From contig DAOVER010000048.1 in NCBI GenBank assembly GCA_030668875.1, positions 1-20,770 of the forward strand: a stretch of 20,770 nucleotides of DNA. The letters run 5' to 3'. A program made the position numbers and the translations under genes. Under the pieces are notes generated by a model. The model had not been told where the DNA came from. It saw nothing but the letters and a program-made list of their open reading frames with translations, and did not search any database. Origin of the DNA: Candidatus Heimdallarchaeota archaeon (GTDB lineage: Archaea > Asgardarchaeota > Heimdallarchaeia > Heimdallarchaeales > Heimdallarchaeaceae). Shown here in pieces: positions 8,301 through 14,764 of this stretch (position 1 is its first letter; every line of letters starts with the position of its first letter).

Positions 8301-9519
8301 AAATATTTTTCATTAAATCTCCTGCTTCTGATGCTGAAAGTGTACACGAATAAGGTTGTTCAGTTCCTATTTCAGGGAAGGAGGGTGTGCTGAAACTGGA
8401 AACAATTCCTATTCGATTTAAAATCACCCAAGCAGCATAAACAAGATCGTAATTACACATCACTAATCTTGCATTGTGGATATGTCTATTCAGATATAAA
8501 GTACTATCTCCTCTAAAACAACCTGTGACATAGCCTTCCTGTTTTTCTGGAGGTAAAGTGAGCATCCAAGTAGGTAGTTTTTTCTTATTAAATCCACGAC
8601 CAACAATATTATTGATAAATTCTGCAAATACCTTAGAGTGGAATCTTATATTGATCCAATGTCCATTAGAATTTTCCTCTATTCTTGATTCTAATCCAAA
8701 TAACTTCTTAGCTAAACAAAGTACATCTTCTGCATATCCAATTTCCTTATCAGAAAAAGTAAATCTAACCATATTCATGTCAGAATCCCCTTCACTAGCA
8801 TAATATCCAATAAATCGAAGAAAATCAGCTGAAATAGGGATAGTGTTCTTTATTTGTTTAACTTTATCATTTACACTACCATGTCTTAAATGAGAGTCAA
8901 TTGTAGCTTGTTTTATGAGATCATCCTCAACAAAATATCTATCATCTTTTAAGTAATCACAAATTTCAATAGTATCAATATCTTTGATCTCTTTGGGATA
9001 AGATACCGCTACTAAATCTTGTTCTTCTAAATCTTTAACCAAAACCCAATCCACATCACTATTTTTATAAGCTAAGATTGGGTGGTCTTCTGTTACTGAG
9101 AGCGTGCTAGTTGGAAGTTTCCAAATATCAATGATGTAATGCTTCTTGCTTCTTCTAACCATTGTGTTAGTAACTTTGCTGAAATTTCCATCAGCTGTGA
9201 GAACAAGCTCTCCGACTTCTATGTCTTTTATTCTCTTGAACCCATTAAACGTATTAATTTTCTGGTTTTCCGTAAAACACGCCGATAACATTCCTAGCTT
9301 TGTACCTGCATTCATTAATGTTGGAGAATTTGGAAGGAACTTTAGTGAGGCCATCAATTCAAAGAATTTCTCTTTTTCTTCTTCAGTTTCTCCTATGAAA
9401 TCCGCTACACGTTTAAACAATCCTTCTGGTGTTTCCAAAGGTTTCTTGTTTTCATCGCGTAACAGATAGCGTTTCTCTAGAACAGTTAGAGCATTCTTTG
9501 TTAATTCTATTGTAGTCAT
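2368..9519 (-). CDS. nrdJ: Class II adenosylcobalamin-dependent ribonucleotide reductase precursor with four inteins (spliced length about 721 aa; C-terminal TSCPD-like domain and Zn ribbon; no ATP cone)
   Basis: Joined exteins give FLPNSPTLMNAG..LSA|CFV, GGG|TGFSFS, QGG|RRRGANMG, NP|CGEQPL..ESCNLGSIN, RKIGLGIMG, TIAPTGTIS, SGIEP, AVSKTINF and KGITVYRDGSR (class II type, no class I Tyr pair). The C-terminus has GCGNLYVTVN..RCP..SCAD and CPDC..CYTCRQC. AAGGGGAT lies upstream of the ATG. Confidence 0.95.
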   Translation of the reverse strand: MTTIELTKNALTVLEKRYLLRDENKKPLETPEGLFKRVADFIGETEEEKEKFFELMASLKFLPNSPTLMNAGTKLGMLSACFTENQKINTFNGFKRIKDIEVGELVLTADGNFSKVTNTMVRRSKKHYIIDIWKLPTSTLSVTEDHPILAYKNSDVDWVLVKDLEEQDLVAVSYPKEIKDIDTIEICDYLKDDRYFVEDDLIKQATIDSHLRHGSVNDKVKQIKNTIPISADFLRFIGYYASEGDSDMNMVRFTFSDKEIGYAEDVLCLAKKLFGLESRIEENSNGHWINIRFHSKVFAEFINNIVGRGFNKKKLPTWMLTLPPEKQEGYVTGCFRGDSTLYLNRHIHNARLVMCNYDLVYAAWVILNRIGIVSSFSTPSFPEIGTEQPYSCTLSASEAGDLMKNIYSQKITGMTQASMQRLKYKIINDTLFLPIRKISIINEESEVYNFEVEEEHTYVANCVAVHNCFVLPVEDDMTSIFDGVKNAALIHQGGGGCCAAGTIIPTLEYGFVPIEEIPGFSQIPADEKGHSAKPFSVFSFDETTESFTRAKVSQLWKFQRNEYYRIEFGTEGFIEVTNWHPFYVYEPLPDGRSGGIYKTKRADEITETDWLVKPSFHDNIFLNEEPDFWWLYGFFLGDGSIDSTKNGVRIRFCSSEDRFLNRISEILERIADSSGSVYKDPRNNCKTLSIHSKYNLRDDNKYINLRMASLIKRFVKINGNEINRKQTPKSSFMCPNPKAFISGLIDSDGWIGKDKSGIATGSEELKDLIVRHLSLIGINCSVRYRKDERDRDIKGSWWSIEFRTGFTQQLLTKKTPRRTKLVSNRLIKINSINKFKEKKIFYDFTVPVYQNYLGGNTQFVTVHNTGFSFSKIRPKNDVVKTTGGVASGPISFMEVFNAATNTIKQGGCVATDSLIRTDTGSIPIGELLNCPPLSDNPTKSLVYDGEDFNHAYISMDNSIAEVIKITTDLGIEIKPTYNHLIASINEEGDFVWKEAENLKVGDWLVISLDGHCGSDVFLPSIKKQHHNANPIVIPEKMTPELGEILGLYMADGCISTQGRIVFSIDNKDPDLIQRIKDLMLKTFDLPVGMVDDKNTYSDLFFYSKDLCKYFEKMNWKKTSSADAFVPQIIFQSSISVAKSFIKGLFSGDGDVHTDGYPRYYSISETLVKKLQQLLLGLGVVSSISLNKNRLGSFGDKPIYCLSVIPERSLKIFKDEIGFAVSRKNNLLVERFPQKAFEYVDYIPNQGSKLRQQYNYVGAGTNKGRTKRGADRLFYRAIYHYISKSPSSYRGLTRKRLLQLFEKFPFLKEDTHFKEISNPRYYYSQVRSIEKEDSYTMDIEVSGSNKFVANGVLVHNRRRGANMGILRVDHPDILEFISCKEDQTKLTNFNISIAVTDVFMKAVDENSDYDLINPRNKQIVGKLNAKGVFDKIVEMAWKNGEPGMVFIDRINRDNPTPEVGEIESTNPCVTGDTLVYTADGRGSVPIQQLADEGKDVPVFTENTEGKITVRYMRNPRLTREKVDVYKILLDSGDEINATADHKFYLRDGSIRRTDQLKRDDSLHILTKRLSSQKGKFSKTEFNKYWRLYNKGRHEKNEHTHIASFYHNNSNSIPKDCVVHHRDFNSENNKPENLEIMGISEHNEYHSNRMKGEKNPLYKIKKDKKKWKEYQKKNPFYDVVGEKNPRFGVKLDDSTKRKIGQSIRNHHENNPELKQKLSKISKDLWKSKKYKKSAAKGFRNRAERKLEESRRKTDLECYLDGNLVKVKKICSNCGSSFNTSFSRREIGYCSKSCCMEAFNTDSTIRISRNEGINKTYQDRAQKNKELQIQKYKELKRQLERDPLKKEWENKCKDEEIHFRLGTKHGFSTYKELKEGSVMYNHKIVSVTYIGTNDVYNGTVDDYHTFFIGGFLSEDDTNKKVVYLKTRNCGEQPLLSYESCNLGSINLLKHVKDSDIDWSLLEESIRLAVRFLDNVIDRNQYVLPEIEQMTKANRKIGLGIMGFADVLVSLGISYNSKKALELANKIMSFLQEKSRDESSRLGKERGNFPNFDKSIFKDKYEYMRNATTTTIAPTGTISLIAGCSSGIEPFYAIAFTRNVLDGRKLFEANPLFEERLKAKDIYSEELLEKVASTNTIQELEEIPKKIRQLFVTTHDITPNDHIEMQAVFQNYVDNAVSKTINFTSTATKEDIAESYLLAYKKGCKGITVYRDGSRKYQVLSTKKDESKTKIDEQLRHIEKLEPRERPEVTVGQTHKIRSGCGNLYVTVNKDEKGVCEVFVQVGKSGGCIASQSEAVGRLISLSLRSGVKVESVVDHLAGIRCPSPNFYQGKTVLSCADGISQVLANYINSNHVVKHNGIIACPDCGGMLEFAEGCYTCRQCGFSKCD
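3745..5121 (-). mobile_element. Intein 4 in NrdJ (459 aa, HNH endonuclease type)
   Basis: Junctions STNP|CVTGDTLV ... VYNGTVDDYHTF...KTRN|CGEQP; block B TADHKF; HNH motif VVHHRDFNSENNKPENLEIMGISEHNEYH; two GEKNP motifs; CSNC..YCSKSC. Confidence 0.92.
5455..6798 (-). mobile_element. Intein 3 in NrdJ (448 aa, LAGLIDADG type) with non-canonical Arg at +1
   Basis: Junctions KQGG|CVATDSLI ... TMDIEVSGSNKFVANGVLVHN|RRRGANMG; block B TYNH; motifs LGLYMADG and IKGLFSGDG. The +1 codon is CGT at 5454-5452. Confidence 0.92.
6928..8031 (-). mobile_element. Intein 2 in NrdJ (368 aa, LAGLIDADG type)
   Basis: Junctions QGGGG|CCAAGTII ... FYDFTVPVYQNY..VTVHN|TGFSFS; block B TNWHP; motifs YGFFLGDG and ISGLIDSDG. 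Confidence 0.93.
8119..9279 (-). mobile_element. Intein 1 in NrdJ (387 aa, LAGLIDADG homing endonuclease type)
   Basis: Junctions LSA|CFTENQKI ... VYNFEVEEEHTYVANCVAVHN|CFVLP; block B TEDHP; endonuclease motifs IGYYASEGD and VTGCFRGDS. Confidence 0.93.
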
Positions 9520-9567
9520 TTTATCCCCTTAATATGTTAGTAAACTAATTGATTTTTAAACCCCGGA

Positions 9568-9575
9568 ATTTATAA
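9568..9575 (-). promoter_or_regulatory. Candidate TATA box for nrdJ
   Basis: TTATAAAT on the minus strand about 50 nt upstream of the nrdJ ATG, which has an SD-like AAGGGGAT. Confidence 0.3.
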
Positions 9576-9850
9576 CATCAAATCACTTGTTTTCTTGAAG
9601 AGATGTTGGTAATTTTGTTGTTACAGATGTTTATAATAGGAAATATAATACACTATTTAAGCGTTTATAACACCAGCTAAAGTTGATTTAAGCCTCTAAA
9701 GCGAGTAATCTCTACAGATGAAAAAACTATAGAATAGAAGTTATTTTTAAATGATATAAAAGAAAAGTTGAAAATAGATTGCCTTACACAAAAATGAGCT
9801 TACTGTTTCCGATAAATTTTAATTAGTGCACATTATTGTAAGTTCATACA

Positions 9851-10708
9851 ATGAAATTCATGAAGAATAAACGAGCAATCTCTCCTGTTGTTGCAATTAT
9901 GTTGATGTTTGTTCTAACAATGGCTGCAATAGGTATATCATTGGTTTATATGGTACCTAGTATCAATGGATTCAAAGATAAAACTTACAACAATAGCAAC
10001 AATTTGTATTTTGTATCTCTGGATGACACGATACAAGACCTCGTCAATAGCCCCCCACCAGGAGATAGACAGTTTTACTTCAATCAGGATATAGGAGAAC
10101 TGTTTTTCGATTCTAGCTGGTTAGTCCTATTTCTACTCAAAGATGTAACAGGTGCACAAAATGCACTCCTTTTTCAGGAAAATATAACCAGAATTGTGCA
10201 AAGAAGTACAGCTGTAACGGATTATGATATAGGAGAACATAGATACATTGTTGGTCCTCAAAGCCAAGATTATATGTTTTTAAACGGTTCTAGTACCCTT
10301 TACAATGAAATTGCTTTAATTAATGCTACAAGATCGGTGTACGATTCAAATTATTTAGATTTAGCACTTTACTACAGATATGTTTTATCAACACACTATA
10401 CAACAGAAGGGGTAACAGAAATCTATAATCTGGATATAATTAATCTTAAACTGTCTCTCAATGAATCTTCAAGAGATAGATCTAATGCTCAATTCATAAC
10501 AATGCAATTAAACTACTTAGGAACTGAAAAACAAGAGCTTGAGGAAGTAAGCTTCATGAATGATATTTATAGTGAGGTTCGTATATTGCATGGTGCTGGG
10601 TTCTTCCAATACGAATATCCGTTATACTATCCAGCTAACCCAGCTTTTATAAGTCATCTAATTAGGATAAATATAATAAACATGCTAGTATCTGTTACAT
10701 TAACATAG
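9851..10708 (+). CDS. Large archaeal type IV pilin-like protein (class III signal peptide)
   Basis: MKFMKNKRA|ISPVVAIMLMFVLTMAAIGISLVYMV: basic leader, [KR][GA] cleavage site, hydrophobic helix, then a polar domain with several N-x-S/T sequons. Confidence 0.8.
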   Translation: MKFMKNKRAISPVVAIMLMFVLTMAAIGISLVYMVPSINGFKDKTYNNSNNLYFVSLDDTIQDLVNSPPPGDRQFYFNQDIGELFFDSSWLVLFLLKDVTGAQNALLFQENITRIVQRSTAVTDYDIGEHRYIVGPQSQDYMFLNGSSTLYNEIALINATRSVYDSNYLDLALYYRYVLSTHYTTEGVTEIYNLDIINLKLSLNESSRDRSNAQFITMQLNYLGTEKQELEEVSFMNDIYSEVRILHGAGFFQYEYPLYYPANPAFISHLIRINIINMLVSVTLT

Positions 10709-10717
10709 GAGAGTAAA

Positions 10718-11182
10718 ATGCCAAGCGAATATATTATGTATCTATCAATACTTCTTGTGGGAACCCTCGCTATCGGAGGGATTTCTGTTACGATGATGTC
10801 GATAAATAGTGCTATGGAAGACAGATCTATAGAAACGGGCATGGAAAATATTCTCCAGAATATTTCCGAGACGATACATGAGCTCAAGGAAAGTGAGCTA
10901 AAGAAAATAGCTCAAGGGGCTACAGTTATTCATACGGAGCTAGTTCTGGATATTCCAAAACAGATACAAGAAGAAGAATATAAGATTGAAGTGATTTTCA
11001 ATAATCTAACTTACTCTCTAAAAGCAAGCTTGATCGACAATCCAGATGTTTCTGTAACAGTTTCATTACTTATATCTCCTGGAAGTATTTCAATTACAGG
11101 GATAATAGAGAGTACAGGACAGAACCCAAGAGTAACTTTCACTTACGATGGTGTAACCAGTAACATAATTCTAGAAGACTGA
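10718..11182 (+). CDS. Pilin-like or membrane-anchored accessory protein, single N-terminal TM helix
   Basis: Own SD (taGGAG) 9 nt after the upstream stop; hydrophobic N-terminal segment YIMYLSILLVGTLAIGGISVTMM followed by an amphipathic helix and a beta-rich C-terminus. Confidence 0.6.
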   Translation: MPSEYIMYLSILLVGTLAIGGISVTMMSINSAMEDRSIETGMENILQNISETIHELKESELKKIAQGATVIHTELVLDIPKQIQEEEYKIEVIFNNLTYSLKASLIDNPDVSVTVSLLISPGSISITGIIESTGQNPRVTFTYDGVTSNIILED

Positions 11183-11202
11183 CAAAACACCTCGTGCTTT
11201 TT
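11183..11202 (+). terminator. Possible terminator after the pilin pair
   Basis: Tiny CAC-CTC-GTG hairpin followed by a T tract directly after the TGA at 11182. Confidence 0.2.
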
Positions 11203-11264
11203 CTTGAATTATTGTTCCATTGCTTATAATTTTAATTAGATTTATAGCTAATATGAAAAATACA

Positions 11265-11272
11265 TTTAAAAA
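11265..11272 (+). promoter_or_regulatory. Candidate TATA box for the ATPase gene (probably near-leaderless mRNA)
   Basis: TTTAAAAA 23-30 nt upstream of ATG 11295, preceded by an A-rich tract; no SD before the ATG. Confidence 0.3.
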
Positions 11273-11294
11273 GAGTAAATCATAATAATATTTT

Positions 11295-12830
11295 ATGCAA
11301 GAAGATACAGGCGAAGCTTTTACTGATACAGCTGCTGTTCCGATTCTTGAAGAAACATACCCCGTCAGTCCTCCATTTTCCTATGTATTAATCCAAACTG
11401 ACCCAGTTTCTAAAAGAACACAATATATGGTTGTTGAGATTCCACTCGACAGCAAAGAACAAGCTATCTATAAGAAAATCATGGATATCATGATTGACGA
11501 ACTTGATGTTGATCTTTCCGTTCTAAAATCCACAGAAAAAGCTGAAGAGTTTCTTAAAAAGAAAATAGTTGACATTATCAAAAGATATCGAATTTCTCTA
11601 AATGAATCACAATTTGAGAAAATTATGTATTATCTAGCTCGCGATCTTATAGGTTATGGTAAAATCCAACCTTTTATGTTAGATCCAAATATAGAAGATA
11701 TTTCATGTGATGGTATAGGTATACCAATCTATGTATGGCATAGGAAGTACGAATCAATTTCAACCAATGTTTCTTTTGACAGCGCAACAGTTCTGGATAG
11801 TTTCATCATAAAATTGGCTCAAAGAGCAAACAGACATATTAGTATTGCTAATCCACTGTTGGATGCTTCTTTACCAGATGGTAGTAGAATCCAGCTAACT
11901 TATGGAAAAGAAGTAACTCAAAGAGGGTCTACATTCACAGCAAGAAAATTCAAAGCAGATCCATTTACAATTACAGATCTTATTTTATACAATACAATAG
12001 ATCTAGATATAGCTGCATATTATTGGTTCACAATGGAACATAATGTTAGTACTCTTATTGCAGGGGGTACTGCAGCAGGAAAAACCACTCTACTCAACAC
12101 TATATCTATGATGATTAAACCAGACTTGAAGGTTGTAACCATTGAAGATACTGCAGAATTGAATCTTGCACACGAGAACTGGATACCAAGTGTTGTTCGT
12201 TCAGGTTTTGGTGAAACAACTGAAACTGGGTACAGACGAGGTCAGATATCTATGTATGAGCTACTTCGTGCTGCAATGAGACAGAGGCCCGATTATATTA
12301 TTGTAGGAGAAATCCGTGGTGACGAAGCTTACGCAATGTTCCAAGCAATGAGTACAGGTCACAGAGGTTTAGGAACTATTCACGGTGACTCTGTTGAAGG
12401 TGTCATTCACAGGTTAGAAAGCAAACCAATGAACATTCCACGTTCAATGATGAAGTCTCTTGATTTAATCCATGTTATTCGTAAAGTCCGCTTACAATCT
12501 AAATTCGCTCGTAGAACCCAATCCGTAACAGAATTGATTGGCCTTGACCCTGTAACAGAAGAAATATTGACAAATAAATTATACCAATGGAATCCAAAAG
12601 ATGATACTTTCATCTACTTCGGGAGAAGTTATGTTCTTGAGAAAATAATGGAAAATACAGGATTGGAAGAACAAGAAATCTTCGACGAATTAGAAAGAAG
12701 AAAAACCATTCTCCGATGGATGGTTAAGAAACGTATAAGATACTTTGAGGATGTAGCATCTGTTATTCAAGAGTATAATTCTGATCCAGATAGAGCTTTG
12801 GAAAAAGCTCGAAAAGGACTAAAAGCTTAA
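11295..12830 (+). CDS. Type II/IV secretion / type IV pilus assembly ATPase (FlaI/ArlI-CpaF-VirB11 family)
   Basis: DPNIEDISCDG, LDASLPDGSRIQ, FTARKF, Walker A GGTAAGKTT, Asp box IEDTAEL, Walker B YIIVGEIRG, His box TIHG, and a C-terminal ELERRKTILRWM..Y..DP typical of archaeal members. Confidence 0.93.
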   Translation: MQEDTGEAFTDTAAVPILEETYPVSPPFSYVLIQTDPVSKRTQYMVVEIPLDSKEQAIYKKIMDIMIDELDVDLSVLKSTEKAEEFLKKKIVDIIKRYRISLNESQFEKIMYYLARDLIGYGKIQPFMLDPNIEDISCDGIGIPIYVWHRKYESISTNVSFDSATVLDSFIIKLAQRANRHISIANPLLDASLPDGSRIQLTYGKEVTQRGSTFTARKFKADPFTITDLILYNTIDLDIAAYYWFTMEHNVSTLIAGGTAAGKTTLLNTISMMIKPDLKVVTIEDTAELNLAHENWIPSVVRSGFGETTETGYRRGQISMYELLRAAMRQRPDYIIVGEIRGDEAYAMFQAMSTGHRGLGTIHGDSVEGVIHRLESKPMNIPRSMMKSLDLIHVIRKVRLQSKFARRTQSVTELIGLDPVTEEILTNKLYQWNPKDDTFIYFGRSYVLEKIMENTGLEEQEIFDELERRKTILRWMVKKRIRYFEDVASVIQEYNSDPDRALEKARKGLKA

Positions 12831-12870
12831 ACTCCTTTTTCTTCTTTTATATTTTATTTTTAATTTTGTA
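12831..12870 (+). terminator. T-rich archaeal-type terminator after the ATPase gene
   Basis: Several oligo-T runs (ctccttttt cttcttttat attttatttt taattttg) immediately after TAA. Confidence 0.4.
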
Positions 12871-12941
12871 TTTCATTCAAATAATTGGGTTTAAATATTT
12901 AGAAAACAAAGTTTCAATGTATAAAACATAGGTGCAATAAC

Positions 12942-13589
12942 TTGAATCCAGATGATGATAATAATAAAAAGAAAAAGAAAAAACCTGAAGATGATATAGA
13001 AGACGATTTCACATTTCCGTTTGATTTGTCTAACATAAGTGGAGATTTTAGTGATATCAATGAAATAATGGAAAAATTCCTACCATATTTCAAAGGATCA
13101 TCCTTTGGAAAAATCATGGATGAATTGATGAAAAATCTCATGAAAAATATAGAAGAAGGAATGGATTCAGGTAGTCTTGAAGATATGATGAATAATCCCT
13201 ATGTCTTTGGTTTCAACATTGGGGTTGGACCTGATGGAAAGCCTACCTTTGGTCAATTTGGCAATATCAAACCTAAAGCATATGGTGACATCGAAACTAC
13301 AGATGTTAGGGAACCGTTAATTGACGTCTTCAAAGAAGGAGATAAAGTAAGAGTGATTGCTGAAGTTCCAGGTATCAATAAAGGAGATATTAAGTTGAGT
13401 GGATCTGAAAGAGCTTTAACCATAAAAGCTCATTCTCAGTACCGTAAATACGAGAAATCTGTGAGTTTGCCTGTTGCTGTGAACATTGATACTGCTAAGG
13501 CTAAGTACAAAAACGGTGTTTTAGAAGTCATCATTGAAGTCAAAGAAGATGATGATAAGAAGAAAGATTATAGTATTGAGGTAGAGTGA
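12942..13589 (+). CDS. hsp20: Archaeal small heat shock protein (Hsp20/alpha-crystallin)
   Basis: TTG start with SD aGGTG; YVFGFNIGVGPDGKP motif; alpha-crystallin domain REPLIDVF..VRVIAEVPGINKGDI..YEKSVSLP..AKAKYKNGVLEV. Confidence 0.92.
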   Translation: MNPDDDNNKKKKKKPEDDIEDDFTFPFDLSNISGDFSDINEIMEKFLPYFKGSSFGKIMDELMKNLMKNIEEGMDSGSLEDMMNNPYVFGFNIGVGPDGKPTFGQFGNIKPKAYGDIETTDVREPLIDVFKEGDKVRVIAEVPGINKGDIKLSGSERALTIKAHSQYRKYEKSVSLPVAVNIDTAKAKYKNGVLEVIIEVKEDDDKKKDYSIEVE

Positions 13590-13591
13590 AT

Positions 13592-13604
13592 AGGATTAAA
13601 TCCT
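13592..13604. terminator. Short hairpin between convergent hsp20 and pilin-like gene
   Basis: AGGAT-TAA-ATCCT inverted repeat fills most of the 17-bp gap between the convergent stop codons. Confidence 0.25.
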
Positions 13605-13606
13605 CT

Positions 13607-14290
13607 TTACACTTCTAACCATAAAAGAATGTTATTTGATAATACAGCAGATAATACTTGCCCAACCTGTAGATCTGCTTCATATCTTCCATCTAAAAGG
13701 TTACTCACGGAAGTTGTAGGTTCTATAGTAATTGTTGCATCGTTGATAATGGTTCTATAACCATTGCTAAGCTTATAGATATAGATATAATTTTCAGTCC
13801 CTATTGTTTCTGATATTTCTAGATAATATGTTGCACCAAAAACGAATGTTGCATCAAAGTAATAATCTGGACTATCAATATGAATAGATATTTCCATAGA
13901 ACAAGTAATATAAGTTGGATTAGCAGATGTGCTGGAGTTTGATATACTAAATGTTGAGTTATCGAATGTTAACGTTGAGGGTAAATTGTGGCTATCTAGG
14001 AAAGATTCTACCACAGTAATTCCTTCAGTTATTAATACAATAATGCTATCTTTTGTATAACTTCTTGAATATTGAGAGATTGCAACATCAACAAGTTGTT
14101 CTAATGACGAAACAGAATTTTCTACGTAGAAATTAATTTGTCCTTGATTAGGTGTTGGATTGATATACGGACTTTGAGTAATTCGATATACTGTTGTTGA
14201 TAAGAGTACTAAATAAATTAAGATAACAATTGATAGGAGAAGAAAAACTTGTCCTTTTCTTTTTCTCACTTTGAATATATTATTACCCAT
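13607..14290 (-). CDS. Pilin-like protein with class III signal peptide (Gln +1)
   Basis: Likely start ATG 14290 (SD GGTG; the track starts at GTG 14299): MGNNIFKVRKRKG|QVFLLLSIVILIYLVLLS. Confidence 0.7.
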   Translation of the reverse strand: MGNNIFKVRKRKGQVFLLLSIVILIYLVLLSTTVYRITQSPYINPTPNQGQINFYVENSVSSLEQLVDVAISQYSRSYTKDSIIVLITEGITVVESFLDSHNLPSTLTFDNSTFSISNSSTSANPTYITCSMEISIHIDSPDYYFDATFVFGATYYLEISETIGTENYIYIYKLSNGYRTIINDATITIEPTTSVSNLLDGRYEADLQVGQVLSAVLSNNILLWLEV

Positions 14291-14291
14291 T

Positions 14292-14759
14292 TTAGACACC
14301 TATCAACCAATATTGAATATGAATTTGGTGAGGAGCATAATCACCATTTCTAGATAATAAAAGATAATCTATTCCCATAGTTTCCTCCGTATAGGTATAA
14401 CCTTTATTTATCCAACTACTTTCTATAACCTCCTCCGTTACAAGATTTTCACAATAAAGTGTGAATCTACCATTGTCAGGCAGAGTTACCAAAATAGCTT
14501 GTTCAATTATAGTTTTTATTGAAGCGATATCTTCAGCTGTTCCAGAATTAAGTGCTATCAAAAATTCATTCAATTGCCCATTAGTATCTAAAGTTGTCAT
14601 AGCTTCATACAACTCGACGTTGTAACTAGGAACAATTGGAGGTTGTGTCGCAATTCGCACTTCATACAAAGCAGTAACCATGATAATCATTACAGAAACT
14701 GCAATGAATGCTTCAATAATAAACAACTGACCTTTTTTGTTCATTATTTTTCTTCTCAT
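14292..14759 (-). CDS. Pilin-like protein with class III signal peptide (Gln +1, Glu +6)
   Basis: Likely start ATG 14759 (GGTGA 5 nt upstream; alternatives 14765 and 14744): MRRKIMNKKG|QLFIIEAFIAVSVMIIMVTAL. Confidence 0.72.
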   Translation of the reverse strand: MRRKIMNKKGQLFIIEAFIAVSVMIIMVTALYEVRIATQPPIVPSYNVELYEAMTTLDTNGQLNEFLIALNSGTAEDIASIKTIIEQAILVTLPDNGRFTLYCENLVTEEVIESSWINKGYTYTEETMGIDYLLLSRNGDYAPHQIHIQYWLIGV

Positions 14760-14764
14760 ATTCA

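Noticed and set aside
9650-9666. ACACTATTTAAGCGT as a possible NrdR box upstream of nrdJ
   Set aside because: Only the left half resembles the bacterial consensus, it is not palindromic, and there is no tandem second box.
9829-9835. CACATTA just upstream of both pilus operon starts (9829-9835 on +; 18198-18192 on -)
   Set aside because: A single AT-rich 7-mer found after the fact; such a match between two short windows is not unlikely by chance.
10706-10720. Pilin and next gene are in frame across a single TAG (possible readthrough fusion)
   Set aside because: The TAG is part of the taGGAG SD of the downstream gene, and a fusion would put a second TM/pilin helix mid-protein. Chance explains it.
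12892-12901. Palindrome TAAATATTTA over the hsp20 TATA box as a heat-shock operator
   Set aside because: It is purely A/T and does not match the archaeal heat-shock operators I know (Phr, HSR1).
12965-12983. A-rich run encoding KKKKKK in Hsp20 as a slippage site or NLS-like signal
   Set aside because: The A runs are interrupted by G, the frame is intact, and the organism has no nucleus. It is just a low-complexity N-terminus.
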